Assembly: GCF_964204645.1 (NCBI RefSeq)
Contig: NC_134032.1
Span: 10,094,275-10,158,274, forward strand
DNA: 64,000 nucleotides
Reading direction: 5' to 3'
Source of the DNA: Tubulanus polymorphus
Lineage: Eukaryota > Animalia > Nemertea
Positions 1-11,855 of this stretch are shown here, one piece after another. The notes below the pieces were generated by a model. It was given only the letters and a program-made list of their open reading frames with translations, was not told the DNA's origin and made no database searches. A program made the translations under genes and the position numbers. How positions within the stretch are numbered: the stretch's first letter is position 1; each line of letters begins with the position of its first letter.

Positions 1-2870
1 ATAAAGGATTGAACTTAGTTTAGTTTGCTTGCACGATACCGTTTTAGCCCAAAAATTGATCATTCTACGTTTTACTTCAATATACATAGGATAACGCCCT
101 AGCTCTGCCAGCACTTGCACATTATGGGAATACTTCGTAACTTTCATAATAATTTTACAGAATAAGCAGTGGAGGTTTTCTAGTAAATCGAGATTCTCAT
201 AACCCCAGATTTCGCAGCCGTATAGAGCTACAGGAGCGACACACATGTCAAATAGTTTAAGCATTACATCTATCGGAAGTTTCAAACGTCTACCCTTCTG
301 AATAATAGAAAACATGGCTCTCATAGCTTTATCATAAAGATATTTTTTTGCTTTAGCGAAACTGCCATTCCAGTTGGATTTTACTCCAAGATACAAATAA
401 CCTTCAACTACCACTAACTCTTGGTTACCAAACATAAATTTTCTTGAAATTTTCTTGATCCTACTTTTACTTCTAGCGAAGACTAATATTTTAGTTTTAT
501 CAACATTCACTGAAAGGCCATTGTCGGCGCAATATTCAAATAGTGTCTCTAAATGTAACTGGAGAGATTTTTCATCTTCAGCAAGAATAACTGTGTCATC
601 CGCATACAGGACAATGAATAGATTAAGTAAAGTCCCTAGTTCTGGATCACAATTCAGATTCAGTTTTTCAATAAACGACAAAGTTGGATTACTGCGCGTG
701 AAAAAAAAACTCTTTAATATCGTTTAGAAATAGGGAAAATAGAATTGGTGATAAGTTTTCATCTTGTGGCAAGCCTCTATCTGCAGCAAAGTATTGTGAT
801 GTGTTACCGTTAAATTTAACACATGACTTAACGGAGTTATAAATATTTTCAACTATATTTAAGAAATTCCCCTTTATGCTACTATCGATTAATTTTCTCC
901 ATAATGTAACTCGACAAACCGAGTCAAAAGCCTTCTTAAAATCAACAAAGGCGCAAAAAAGTCTCCTTCCCTGACAAAGGTACAATTCGACAATAGTTTT
1001 CAATGTATAAATGTGATCAATAGTTGAATATTTTGGTCTAAAACCGGCTTGGACCTCGCTAATCATATCATTTGAATCTAGGAAAGCTGACAGTCTATGA
1101 TTAAGTATACTGGCTAGTAAACAATTTACCTAAACAACTAACAAACGTAATGCCTCGATAATTATCAGGATTAGTGGGGTCGCCTTTCTTCTTAAAAATA
1201 GGTTTGATTACTCCTACGGACCATGTTTCTGGAACATGTCCAGTTTTAGATACTAGATTGAATAGGTTTTGTAGTATGTTAACCAAACAGGGATAACGGC
1301 TAAATTTTAATAACTCATTAGTGATTCCATCGATACCAGAAGCCTTATTGTTTTTTAAGAAAGAGATAGCTTTAGTTACTTCATCGACAGTTATGTCGCA
1401 GTTAAGAATATGATTGTCATAGACAGGAGGTTCATCATCCGTATGTTCTACATGATCGTTTATTCCGTTTGCATCGTTTAAATCATTTAGTTGCATAAAA
1501 TGTTCGAAGAAGATATCAATATCAATATTAGCATTACTGTCTTTTGCACCAGTCGCGGAATTTAGAATCGCCCAGTACTTTTTCGGATTATTGATTTCGC
1601 AATCTCTTAGTTCTTTGATAAAAGCTTCTTTTTGTTTTTTCTTACTTTCTCGGATAATTCTTTTGTATTTCTTGGATGAGTTTTTAAGAGCGTCAAAGTT
1701 AGAAGGGGTTGGACGGCCCCTATAACGGCTTTTCCTATAATTATATTCTTTACGCGCATCCCTACAGCTCCGGCCATACCACTTATTACGAACTGGGGTT
1801 CTACGACTCCTACTTTTCCTGTGATACATCAAATCACATTCTTCTGCACTTTCTAACAAGGAAGATACAAATCTATCAGTGAGCTCATTTATATAGTTCG
1901 GAGACTGGCTAACTAGGTCCTGTAGTCCATTCAAAAGTAGATCATTAAGGCCAATATCACATAATTTAGATTCAACTTTCATGAAAAACTGATCCGATCT
2001 ATCATTGTCCCACCTAATTGAAGGCTTTTCGTTTACTTGTTCATGGTTCTCATTATCAGCAACAATAGGGACCTTAGAATTCTTAAGTAAACATAGTCTA
2101 AGTGGACTGTGCCCATCAGACAGTAAAGATTCAAATGGCATTATCTGGAAATCATAAACAGATTCAAAAAGGTCAATATCACATACAAAATAATCAATAA
2201 CACTAGTTTCCCTAAAAGTATAATTACCAGACTGGTCACCACCACATCTGCCATTAAGTATAATCAAAGAATGGTTCTTACAAAGATCAATTAGCTGATA
2301 GCCGGTATTATTAGTTCTTTTGTCTTGATTGTTTAGCAGGGTGTAAATCGTCCTCTAATATATGGTTATCAGGTTCTAGAAAGTCTGGTACACATAAGGT
2401 GTGAGCATTAAAGTCACCTGTAATTAGCACGTTAAAATCGTTTTCAATCTTTAGCTGTAATAATTCCAACTCTATTTCACTAATTGCTCTATTCGAATAG
2501 TATTTACTTGTTTCAGGGGGAATATAAACCACTCCTAAAAGTATGTTTTTATTGAACTTAAACAAATCCTTATCTAAACAGTACCAAGATACAAATGGGC
2601 ACTCAGTAAGTATTGGATCTATCATACTATCTAAACAACGCCTATAAATGATACCGATTCCACCCGATTTCCTGTTCGAAATTTTCTCCCTGTTTTTAAA
2701 ATGTGATACATATGAATCAGGCAAATCATGACTTAGATTCCCATCTACATCGTCGAGGTGGGTTTCAGATAAACAAATGAAATCATAGCTCCGAATAAAA
2801 TCTTCAAATTCCGGGACACCGAGTTTACTATTAATACCACATATATTGAGACTCGCAAAGTTGATACTTT
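1..2870 (-). pseudogene. LINE ORF2 (APE endonuclease + reverse transcriptase), disrupted
   Basis: ORFs 2311-2724, 1101-2267 and 689-1066 are consecutive pieces of one EN-RT polyprotein and are collinear with the ORF at 4418-6364. Confidence 0.88.
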
Positions 2871-3186
2871 TGATTGGTTGATTATTATCGACGTCTAATT
2901 TGTTTTCTTCACTAATACTAGCATAATAAGTGTCTAATTGGATACCTTCAACGTTTTAAAGAGGGGAGACATCTTCAATTAAATTATCAATTACATCATA
3001 ATCATTATTTTCACTATTTATATCTGAGTCATTATTTACATCACGATCATTAATTTCACTATTTACATCAGAATAATCACAGAAAAGAGTAAAACTATCT
3101 ACATAGTCCAGAGCATAGCACCGACCTTTCGAGAGCAACGCTATTCGTTCGAGACATTCGATGAGTATAGTTCCCTCCGCCGCATC

Positions 3187-4001
3187 CTAATTGCTGTCCA
3201 TGGGAGCGCGGTCCCGACGATCGCGGATAACGAGCTTATCCTTAACGAAGTACGCATTTTTCCCGCTGGCCTTCGCAGCCCTGAGTTCGGGTAGTTTCTC
3301 GCGCCGACGATCGGCCCACTCTTTCGGCACTTGTTCGCTCAATCCCTTCGATGTTCCGGTTAAGTTTTTCGCCACGGATCGAACAAGTTCTCGGTCTTTG
3401 AAATGTTCAAATTTCGCGTGGTTTTTTCTGATCACTTCTCGGACGCCCGAGCCGGTGAACTCTCGCAAAGTCGATAGACTGGACTACTTCGTCCTCTAGT
3501 CTAAGATCGTTCTTGCAGAACCCTTTCACCTTTTCCTCCGCGTCTTCGCCTACTGCTTCATCGATCCCGTAGAAAATCAAGTTATCTCGCATGCTCCGCC
3601 ATTGCTGGTCTAACAGGAGTTCGTGATCGGAATTCGCGAGTATTTCTTGGTCCGCTACCTGTTTTTCTAGATGCTGAACTTTGTTACGCAGCATCTCATT
3701 CTCCTGCTTAAGAAGCCTCACGTCCTCGTGACAGTATTCGAGTGACTGCTTAACGTCATTCATGTTTTTTTTCGAGATTGTCTAGCTTGTTCAGTTTATT
3801 AATAATCTCGTCCAGTTTCGCATACAGCGCTTGGTCGTCTCGCGGCGTCGTAGTTTTCTGTTCAAGAATTTGCTTCAGTTGTTTTTCGGAGATGTGTATG
3901 GGTGTCGCAGTCGAGTTTCTGTTACTGGTCTGGTTGGTCTTCGTCGTCAGTTTCGGCTGTTTTCTCGGGGGAGAAACGCTCTGCCGACTGCTACTCGCCA
4001 T
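3187..4001 (-). pseudogene. LINE ORF1 (coiled coil + RRM/CTD, L1-ORF1/Transposase_22-like), split by two frameshifts
   Basis: Three overlapping ORFs join into MASSSRQS...LEKQVADQE..RSMRDNLIFYGIDE..FARVHRLG..EQVPKEWADRR..AYFVKDKLVI. The breaks lie at or near T homopolymers (~3765, ~3425). Confidence 0.8.
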
Positions 4002-4233
4002 GACTCTCGTTGTTGGGGTTGGAAGAGAGAGGGTGAAAAAAAAACTTCGCGTTAAAATCGAAAATAAAACGTTTCTTTTTCGAACAGGGTTATGCTCACA
4101 CACAGCGTTATGTGGTTAATGTATTGATATTACTGGGAAATAGTTTTGATTATCAGTTAAAACTAACCTCGTTGCTTGTGTTCTAGGAGCACACCGAGAG
4201 TACGTCCGTACAGTTTGAAATCCGCGCACGGCC

Positions 4234-6375
4234 TGATTACGATTACGATTACGATTACGATTTATTTACACTCCAACCATTTCCATGGTATATGGAGGAA
4301 AACTATTACACATGTATATACAAATATTTACAAAACAACACTAAAGTGATTAAAATTTAGAGAATGAAAACGTAACGAAATATATATATACATCAACTAT
4401 TTACAATACTATATATACTATTGGAGGGATCTATATACATCTAAGCCGGTCTTAATGAATTTAGCTAAGTTGACCGTTGGGTTTTTCAGAATATCAAGGG
4501 TATTAAAGGTATTCAAATTCAAAAAGTTTTTGCGTTGTTCGTTAAGTAAGGTACAGTCAAACAGAAAATGGGATTCGTCACCTAAAGTATTACAAGTGGG
4601 GCATATTCTATCGGCTCTGTCTAAATGAAGGTTTGAAAATTTGTTCACAGGTAAAATATAGGACCCGACCCTAAATTCAAATAAACTAGTTCCTAAGTCA
4701 TCACCAAGTTCTATTATATACTTCTCTAACCTAATATCATTTTTATATTGCCTAAAGTTAGTGTATATCGGATTAGTATTTATGGCAGATACAGTTTCTT
4801 GAAGGTGCTGGTCACGGAGTATCTGTTTTATTCGTTTTGAAAAAGATTTACTGTTAGTCATGAATTGCTGCGTCCAAATGCAGGACAAACCACAGTCATC
4901 AAACGTTTTCTTTATATATGATAACCAAGGGCTCTTAAATTTATCCCTTAAAAATAAATTGAAAGATATTTTATAGAGTATTGAATTAAGTTTGGTTTGC
5001 TTTCCAGATACTGTTTTCACCCAAAAGTTAATCATCCTGCGTCTAACATCTATATTCAAAGGGTAACGTCCTAGCTCTGATAAAACTTGTAAGTTGCGAG
5101 AATATTTCGTCACTTTCATTAAGATTTTACAGAAGAAGCAATGAATATTTTCTAATAAATCAAGATTTTCATATCCCCAGATCTCACACCCATACATGGC
5201 TATTGGAGCAACACACGTATCAAATAATTTAAACATAACATCTATGGGCAATTTCAAACGTCTGCCTTTTTGAACGATCGAAAACATAGCTCTGATAGCT
5301 TTATCGTAAAGATACTTTTTTGCCTTAGCAAAGTTACCATTCCAATTGAATTTTACTCCGAGATAAACATAATCTTCAACTACCTCTAACTCTTGATCAC
5401 CAAACATAAATTTCGAAATCGTTTTTATCCGGGATTTACTTCGCGCAAATACTAGTACTTTAGTTTTCTCTGGGTTAACAGTGAGACCATTAGCCGCGCA
5501 ATATTCAAATAAGGTATCTAAGTGTAGCTGAAGAGATTTCTCATCCTCAGCAAGAATAACTGTATCATCTGCGTATAGTATTATGAATAAATTCAGTAAA
5601 GTATCAATATCCTGATCACGATTCAAATTTAGTTTTTCTATAAATGACAAAGTTGGTTTTCCACGATCAATGAAAAATTCTTCAATGTCGTTTAAGAATA
5701 ACGAAAAGAGGATAGGTGAGAGATTTTCGCCTTGTCTTAAGCCTCTATCAGCTGCAAAGTATTGTGACGTGCAACCATTTAATTCAACACATGATTTTTT
5801 ATACATATTTTTGACCACATTGAAAAAGTTTCCATTAACATTGTTAGCAATTAATTTTCGCCATAACTTTACCCTACAAATCGAGTCGAAAGCTTTCTTA
5901 AAATCAACAAAGGCGCAAAAAAGTCTTATTCCCTGACAAAGATACAGCTCTACGATTGTTTTAAGCGTGTAAATATGATCAATGGTGGAATATTTCGATC
6001 TAAAGCCAGCCTGGGCTTCACTTATAATGTGATTCGTATCTAGAAATGTTGACAATCTTTGATTTAGGATACTTTTAAATAATTTACCAAGACAGCTAAC
6101 TAAGGTAATACCTCTATAATTATCAGGATTAGAGGGATCGCCATTCTTTTTGAAAATGGGTTTGATGACGCCTATAGACCACATCTCTGGAACATATCCT
6201 GTTTTAAGAACTAAATTGAATAATTTTTGTAATATATCAACTAAAAACGGATACTGACTAACTCCCAGCAGCTCATTCGTGATTCCATCAATGCCTGGGG
6301 CCTTATTGTTTTTGAGTAAAGAGATAGCCTTAATTACCTCATCACTGGTTATATCACTGTTCAAAATATAATTGT
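4234..6375 (-). mobile_element. 5'-truncated LINE of a related RTE-X-like family, with intact RT ORF, 3' UTR and (TCGTAA)n tail
   Basis: 648-aa RT ORF (YADD, ELGRYPL, C-terminal CPTC..DESHFLFDC zinc knuckle). AATAAA and (GATTAC)x4 on the + strand at 4235-4266. Similarity to the left LINE stops at ~6375. Confidence 0.92.
4418..6364 (-). CDS. LINE ORF2 C-terminal part: reverse transcriptase + CCHC knuckle (5'-truncated, no endonuclease)
   Basis: ORF track: NYRGITL, QAGFR, DFKKAFDS, GLRQGENLSP, LYADDT, YLGV motifs. Confidence 0.9.
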   Translation of the reverse strand: MNSDITSDEVIKAISLLKNNKAPGIDGITNELLGVSQYPFLVDILQKLFNLVLKTGYVPEMWSIGVIKPIFKKNGDPSNPDNYRGITLVSCLGKLFKSILNQRLSTFLDTNHIISEAQAGFRSKYSTIDHIYTLKTIVELYLCQGIRLFCAFVDFKKAFDSICRVKLWRKLIANNVNGNFFNVVKNMYKKSCVELNGCTSQYFAADRGLRQGENLSPILFSLFLNDIEEFFIDRGKPTLSFIEKLNLNRDQDIDTLLNLFIILYADDTVILAEDEKSLQLHLDTLFEYCAANGLTVNPEKTKVLVFARSKSRIKTISKFMFGDQELEVVEDYVYLGVKFNWNGNFAKAKKYLYDKAIRAMFSIVQKGRRLKLPIDVMFKLFDTCVAPIAMYGCEIWGYENLDLLENIHCFFCKILMKVTKYSRNLQVLSELGRYPLNIDVRRRMINFWVKTVSGKQTKLNSILYKISFNLFLRDKFKSPWLSYIKKTFDDCGLSCIWTQQFMTNSKSFSKRIKQILRDQHLQETVSAINTNPIYTNFRQYKNDIRLEKYIIELGDDLGTSLFEFRVGSYILPVNKFSNLHLDRADRICPTCNTLGDESHFLFDCTLLNEQRKNFLNLNTFNTLDILKNPTVNLAKFIKTGLDVYRSLQ

Positions 6376-7179
6376 GGGCCCCACTCCGCGCGGTTACGCC
6401 ACCGTGCGGGATTTACGCGAAGCAGCAAACACAAACACGGCCACTCTCTCAATTTTCAATGATAGAAATCGTGTGTGCATTTCAATTATTTCGGCTGTTA
6501 GGGTTATAAGGCACAATATAAGTTGATGATGTGATATGGCGATGTTAATTAATGATAATTCCGCAGTGAAGCTAGTCACGAACGGTACCGATTGAGTGTA
6601 CAGCTGCCAAAAACACTGAAATGTGCGTAGTTGCGTAACTATTTGCAGTGAATTGCAGACGAAACATGAAGCCTTAACGGCCGTTTAAAAGAAAATTACC
6701 AATCGCAATTGTAAAATAAAAATGAGATAGAACCTAAGTTAAAATTCTGGCCATTTCTAAAATGTTATTAATAATTTTTAGTCAGTGCGGAACGTTTAGT
6801 TTTCCAACAATAATGAGGGGTGGTAGGTAGTCATGCAATTCAAGTCATCATTTATTACACGTTACTTCCGTGTTGTTGAAAATCTCGCGAGTCCTGGACC
6901 AAACCCCATTGAACAGTGTGATCTGTGTGCTGGCCACAAATGCACACAGATCACACTACACCACCCATTACACACTCCAGTACCCACAGCTTTCATATAT
7001 CCATCCAAATATTTAGAGTGTCTTTCTTCCTGGATATAGCGAGAGCCTTCTAGTTTACTAACACGTGACATAAACAACATAGACAAACCAAAAGAATAAT
7101 CTTTTAGTAGACTTGTAATTTAAGTCAGTATTAACGGTACATCCAATCGATCACATCGAAAACCCTTAATACCATCAGA

Positions 7180-7726
7180 TTAGAAACATATTCCGCCTCC
7201 ACATTTGTTACTGCAACAATCATCACCGCTTGAACACATGGTCATCGCTCCCGTGCACTCGTTATAGCCTAAAAGAAGGACGTTAGAAATGGAATTTCGA
7301 AGTGAATCACTTTTTTTACTTCAATTGCAGAAATAATTGAACTTCCCACCCTGGTTGTAGGACCCATGATAACCCAGACGATTATAATGATCATAAATGA
7401 CCCTCGTTCATGTCGACCATTCAAAGTTAAGGAAATACATGTATATAAGAACAACATTCCGTGTTAATTAAATTGATTTTTGTCAGAATATAAATATGTT
7501 GTATAATATCTGAAATGCAATTTATCAAATTCATTTAATCAATTGATAAACAAATGTGTAGGCCTACTGATAATCGCAACTTTAATTCATACCTATTATG
7601 CATGAAATCCTTTGAAATTGTGTATCATTTTCCTACGTTTTACTCACCCCATGACTCAGCAAATGACGCAGCACTGACCACAATCGTAACAATAGCACAT
7701 ACACGAGGTATCAAATCAGTAAACAT
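7180..7726 (-). CDS. Secreted knottin/ICK-like 6-Cys peptide, copy 1 (exons 7648-7726 and 7180-7268): MFTDLIPRVCAIVTIVVSAASFAESW-G-YNECTGAMTMCSSGDDCCSNKCGGGICF*
   Basis: Manual minus-strand translation. A hydrophobic signal-peptide exon ends in phase-1 G|GTGAGT. The second exon follows TTTTAG|, is phase compatible, reads C-x6-C-x5-CC-x3-C-x4-C and then stops. A paralog with the same exon layout lies at 18303-20541. Confidence 0.8.
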
Positions 7727-8353
7727 TTTCGTCGACTATAATTTTAATTGAAATATATTAGCAACTTGGCACTTTCCACAAATTATCGTACATTGTATAT
7801 TCAATAATCTTCAATAGGCTCTCAGCTAATTAATCTTTTGTCAGATACCAGGTTCATGCTGCTTCGTAAAAAAAACTGACAATAGATAATGTGTCAAAGT
7901 ATCGATAACGGGTTTTGTGCCTTGCTGGTTTGAATGCCGTGCTATCAAGCGTTTCGTCAAAATTAGTCGGAACAGTTTGTTTAACAGTAGGAATGAAAAT
8001 AATAATCAATTCAGTAAATATCTGTTTGAAACATTAGAATAATTTGATGTCAATTAGATGGCAGACGCTGTACATTACGCAGTCACGTGACTTTCTTTGG
8101 CGGATTGTTGTCTTTCTGGCCCTGAGTGCGGGGCGGCCATATCACTTGCATATTGCGTACGTGTCGGGCTTTATACATGAATAGATATTCATTATAAAGA
8201 TTGTCCCGAGTCGTTTGACTGAAATTAGTTCATCACCCCCCTTTTTCAAGGCGTCCTCTTTAAAACACTAGAATCATTCCTCACCTCGCCTCGGGATATT
8301 CGGTTATGAACTTTATGCAGCTAAAATTAAGATCCCCATCGGTTTAAATCCAG

Positions 8354-9750
8354 GGGCTAGTTGCTCAAAAGTTGATTAGAGTTAACCAGGGGATAATTGA
8401 CACGTGTGGTTTGATCTCATGATATTACTTTATGCTGACGATACACTGTTACTAGCCGATAGTGTCTCTAATTTACAAATCATGTTGTACCAAGTAGTTG
8501 AGTACTGTGAAATTAATTATCAACGCCGATAAAACGAAGGCAATCGTTTTTGAGAGGAGGAAGTCCGCTAGGCTACCCACTTTTTATATCCGAGATACAC
8601 CTATAGAGACCGTGTCAGAATTTAAATACCTCGGCATTCTTTTTAACTATACTGGAAACTTTGCTAAATGTAGAAACGCGATATGTGATCATGCAAAGAA
8701 GGCATTATTTTTTGTATAACAGCAAGTACAGAGGCACTGTTTGGATATCGATGCCTCGTTCCAGATTTTTGATGCACTAGTCGGTTCAATACTTTCGTTT
8801 GGTAGCGAGGTTTGGGGTTTTATCAATTTAGATGCCGTTGAAAAAATTCGTTTAATGTTTTGTAAGTATCTCACGAAACTGAGACGCGCTACACCAAGTG
8901 CAATGATATATGGTGAGCTAGGGCGATTCCCTATCTAAAATCAAATAAGAATAAAAATGGTTAAATTCTGGGGCCATCTCATCATGCAGGAGTCGCCTCA
9001 CTCTGGGAAAATGTATAGAGTCTTGCTAAATAATCATGTTAATGGCAATAATAGTAAATGGATATCATGCGTAAAATCAACGTTAGAAAATTGTGGCCTA
9101 GGTTACATTTGGTACGAGCAGTCCTTCCCAAACATTCGATATCTAACGGAGTTAGTCAAACTACGACTACAGGATGGTTTTAAACAAAATTGGCATAAAT
9201 CTCTCGAATATTACTCAAAACTAGACACTTATCGTAGCATTAAATTAGAATGGGGAACAGAGCAATTTTTACTTAACCTACCAATGGATTTACGTTCGGC
9301 TCGTATCCGATTTTGATGCTCTAATCACCCGCTACCTATTGAAACTGGTAGATACCAAAACATACCAAGGGGCGATCGCTTATGTACCAAATGTAACCTA
9401 AACAAAATTGGTGACGAATTCCATTATGTTTTGGAATGTAATTACTTTTTGAACTTGCGAAATGCGTATATACCCGAATTTTTCAACTACCTACAAATTT
9501 AGGAATTTATTCAATACAAATGATAGAAATGTGATAAGAAAACTTGCAGTTTATGTTAAAATATTATGTAGAAGTATGTAAACTTTTATTTCTATGTATA
9601 TTAATGTTGTTTTTGTGCTCGAAAAATTATGTACAATTTGGAGCAATAAAGAATAAATGTAATGTAAATGTAAATGACAATTAAATGTTCATTTCTACTA
9701 TGGTATTTATCCGCCGGTTGTCTTTAACAAACACTTGAACAACAGGTACC
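8354..9750. mobile_element. Palindromic MITE (GGGCCAGTTGCTCA-type ends) split in two by the LINE insertion
   Basis: 8354-8404 and 9677-9750 together match the reverse complement of the in-window copy at 28960-29066. Confidence 0.7.
8405..9676 (+). mobile_element. Degenerate 5'-truncated LINE (RT C-terminus, zinc knuckle, AATAAA + (TAAATG)n-like tail)
   Basis: LLYADDT at ~8425, FKYLGI, GELGRFPI and LPIETGRY..C..C..IGDEFHY with in-frame stops; tail at 9645-9676. Confidence 0.85.
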
Positions 9751-10289
9751 AATGTACTAGGTGTGATCAGCTGTCGACCACGTCGTTGACCATAAACCCT
9801 TGCATTATTTTCAGCAAAAAATATTTAGTCACGTGTTGCATCTTAGATTCCAGTTACAGAAATCGCTTCTGTACGTTTAAAAGTATATTCATTTGTTATT
9901 TTTCCTTTGATATTACTTTCCTTTAATTATAACGCTCGATTGCCATGGATGATTGTTAAAATTCGAATGAAAAGTGTAATAGATATAATAAAGCAAAGAG
10001 TTTCAAATCAGGTATTAGAAGTGTACTCAGGTATTAGACGTTTTCCTATAGTGTAGAACCTATCTTAACACACACTTATCAAACACTTTCAAAACACTAT
10101 CGAAATCGACAAAATTAGGACTTCCACCTGTTTAGACAAGCGTTCGCTGGAATCTCACTTGATGAAATTCATAAAATAATTAATCTCTTCTACTTCTATC
10201 GTCTATCTGATATGTTATACCGCGTGTTTAATAGTTGTGTGACAATCAACGTTGGTTATGAATGATAAAGATTTGAATATTTCATCACT

Positions 10290-10620
10290 GGGCTTACCTT
10301 AGTCGCTGCTTCCAACGTATATTCAACTTTTGAAATGTAATAATCTCGTTTTTCCTAGCCAATAAAGCATTGGATGTCATATTTTATGCGTTTCAAATGC
10401 GAATTGAAATTATAATAATGTTTGCACAGCTTGATATCGATTGAAACTTATATCGATGCTTTGTTTGTTAGAAAGGGCAACTGCGGAAAAAAGCAGAAAA
10501 CTATTTCACCATATTTTGTTCAAAAATAGGTTTAGTAGAAACTTCGGCCATCGCCATTTTCTCTAGCGGACACTTTTCTTTCTGCTATGACGTAGTGCGG
10601 GCCCTCTGCGATACGTGCTA
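10290..10620 (-). promoter_or_regulatory. Putative promoter / 5' non-coding exon of knottin copy 1
   Basis: Block conserved with 21430-21730. Contains a YY1-like CGCCATTTT, a TGACGT half-CRE and a minus-strand donor (AAG|GTAAGC here, AAG|GTAGGC in the paralog). Both knottin ATG exons are preceded by an AG acceptor, implying an upstream UTR exon. Confidence 0.4.
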
Positions 10621-11039
10621 TTGCCGTTATTGCGAGTGTTCTCATCACTTGTCCAACAACAGTTCTAAAATGCAGCATAATGCCAAATATACAATTAATT
10701 TATTTTTCAACTCGGATATCGGTAAAGCTTTCATTTATAATTGATTTACCTAAGAACAAGGTCGTTCAATTATGATAAAGATATTGAACAAACCAAAGGC
10801 GGAAAACCGAGCAACTTCTAGCGAGACTTGTGGATCCTCGCTTGCCATAAGCGGAATCCTCGATTGCCTCAGCAGGTCGTAGGTTCCCCATTGTTTGGAT
10901 ATGTCAAAAAGTGTTTGGATGTTTCGAACAGTAGATGGATGGATAAAAGCAGAGGCCACACTGGCAGTACAGCAGGAGTTTTCTTATCGGGATATTTAAC
11001 TGAGATTTCGATGAACGTATCATTTTGTGTACACACTCA

Positions 11040-11150
11040 CGTGCTTGATGGACCATCTTCACCCGTCAAGGGATTCGAACCCACTACGTTAAAGCTGTTC
11101 GCCGAACCCCTTGACCTCACAAGTCGTTGGAGTCGTTACTAGCCGACCAG
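11040..11150 (-). repeat. tRNA-derived SINE-like fragment
   Basis: Minus strand has a GGTTCGAATCCC B-box; no complete tRNA cloverleaf is visible. Confidence 0.4.
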
Positions 11151-11487
11151 AATCCGGTCGAACCAATCACAGCGCTTGTAGCAAACGACTTTAGGCTTCT
11201 ATTGGTTTTCCCGTTAAATGGACCAATCAACGAACGTTTTACTGAACAAGGAAGTATTTCGCAAATCGATATATGACGTCATGCGCAACAGCGCCAGTTT
11301 GAAATCACGCTTCGTGAGGCCTGGGGGCTGGTGGAAGCGAATTCGGGAGTGATACCGGACCCCTGGCAAGCGAGGATGTTGGTGGACCGGGACTTCGATT
11401 ACATGTCACACTTTGGGGTATTTACATGGCGGCTCTCCTCTGCCTTACATTGTGTATGAGTTAATAAGGGAGAATTGAAAATCTCAA

Positions 11488-11855
11488 CTAATGCCTATTT
11501 CAACTTGACTTGAGGGCACATCAGTTAGCCTGGCAGTGTCAGTTTGGAGACACCATTTCATGAACTCTTTAACAGTATGTTTCCATGCCTAACATTTGGA
11601 ACTTTTTTCTAATCATCAGAAATCATGGCTCCTAAGCATACATGCAATCACGGGCATTTTGTTGAAAATTAAAAGATGGCCGCTTCTCATTTCAACATGA
11701 GAAAATAAATAGCTTTTGGCGATGCTTCAAAAACAATGTTTTAGATCAACATTCAGCCCATTTAGGTCATATCAAGACTTTTATCAGGTATATACTACCA
11801 AAACTGATTGAGCTAGGCCAACCCATCTTTCAGGCCAAGGTGAAATAGACGTTAG
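11488..11855. mobile_element. MITE with ~26-bp imperfect TIRs (CTAATGCCTATTTCAACTTGACTTGA / TCAGGCCAAGGTGAAATAGACGTTAG)
   Basis: Inverted termini; absent at the paralogous site near 21985. Confidence 0.65.

Larger units (their letters stand above)
1..4233 (-). mobile_element. Non-LTR retrotransposon (RTE-X-like LINE), 5' end present, 3' part runs off the window; disrupted ORF1 and ORF2
   Basis: ORF1 pieces followed by an APE endonuclease (SETHL, GDFNAH, SVIDYF, SDGHSP) and RT motifs (PDNYRGIT, QAGFR, FVDFKKAFDSV, LSPILFSLFLND, LYADD near 600). Several frameshifts or stops split ORF2. Confidence 0.9.
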
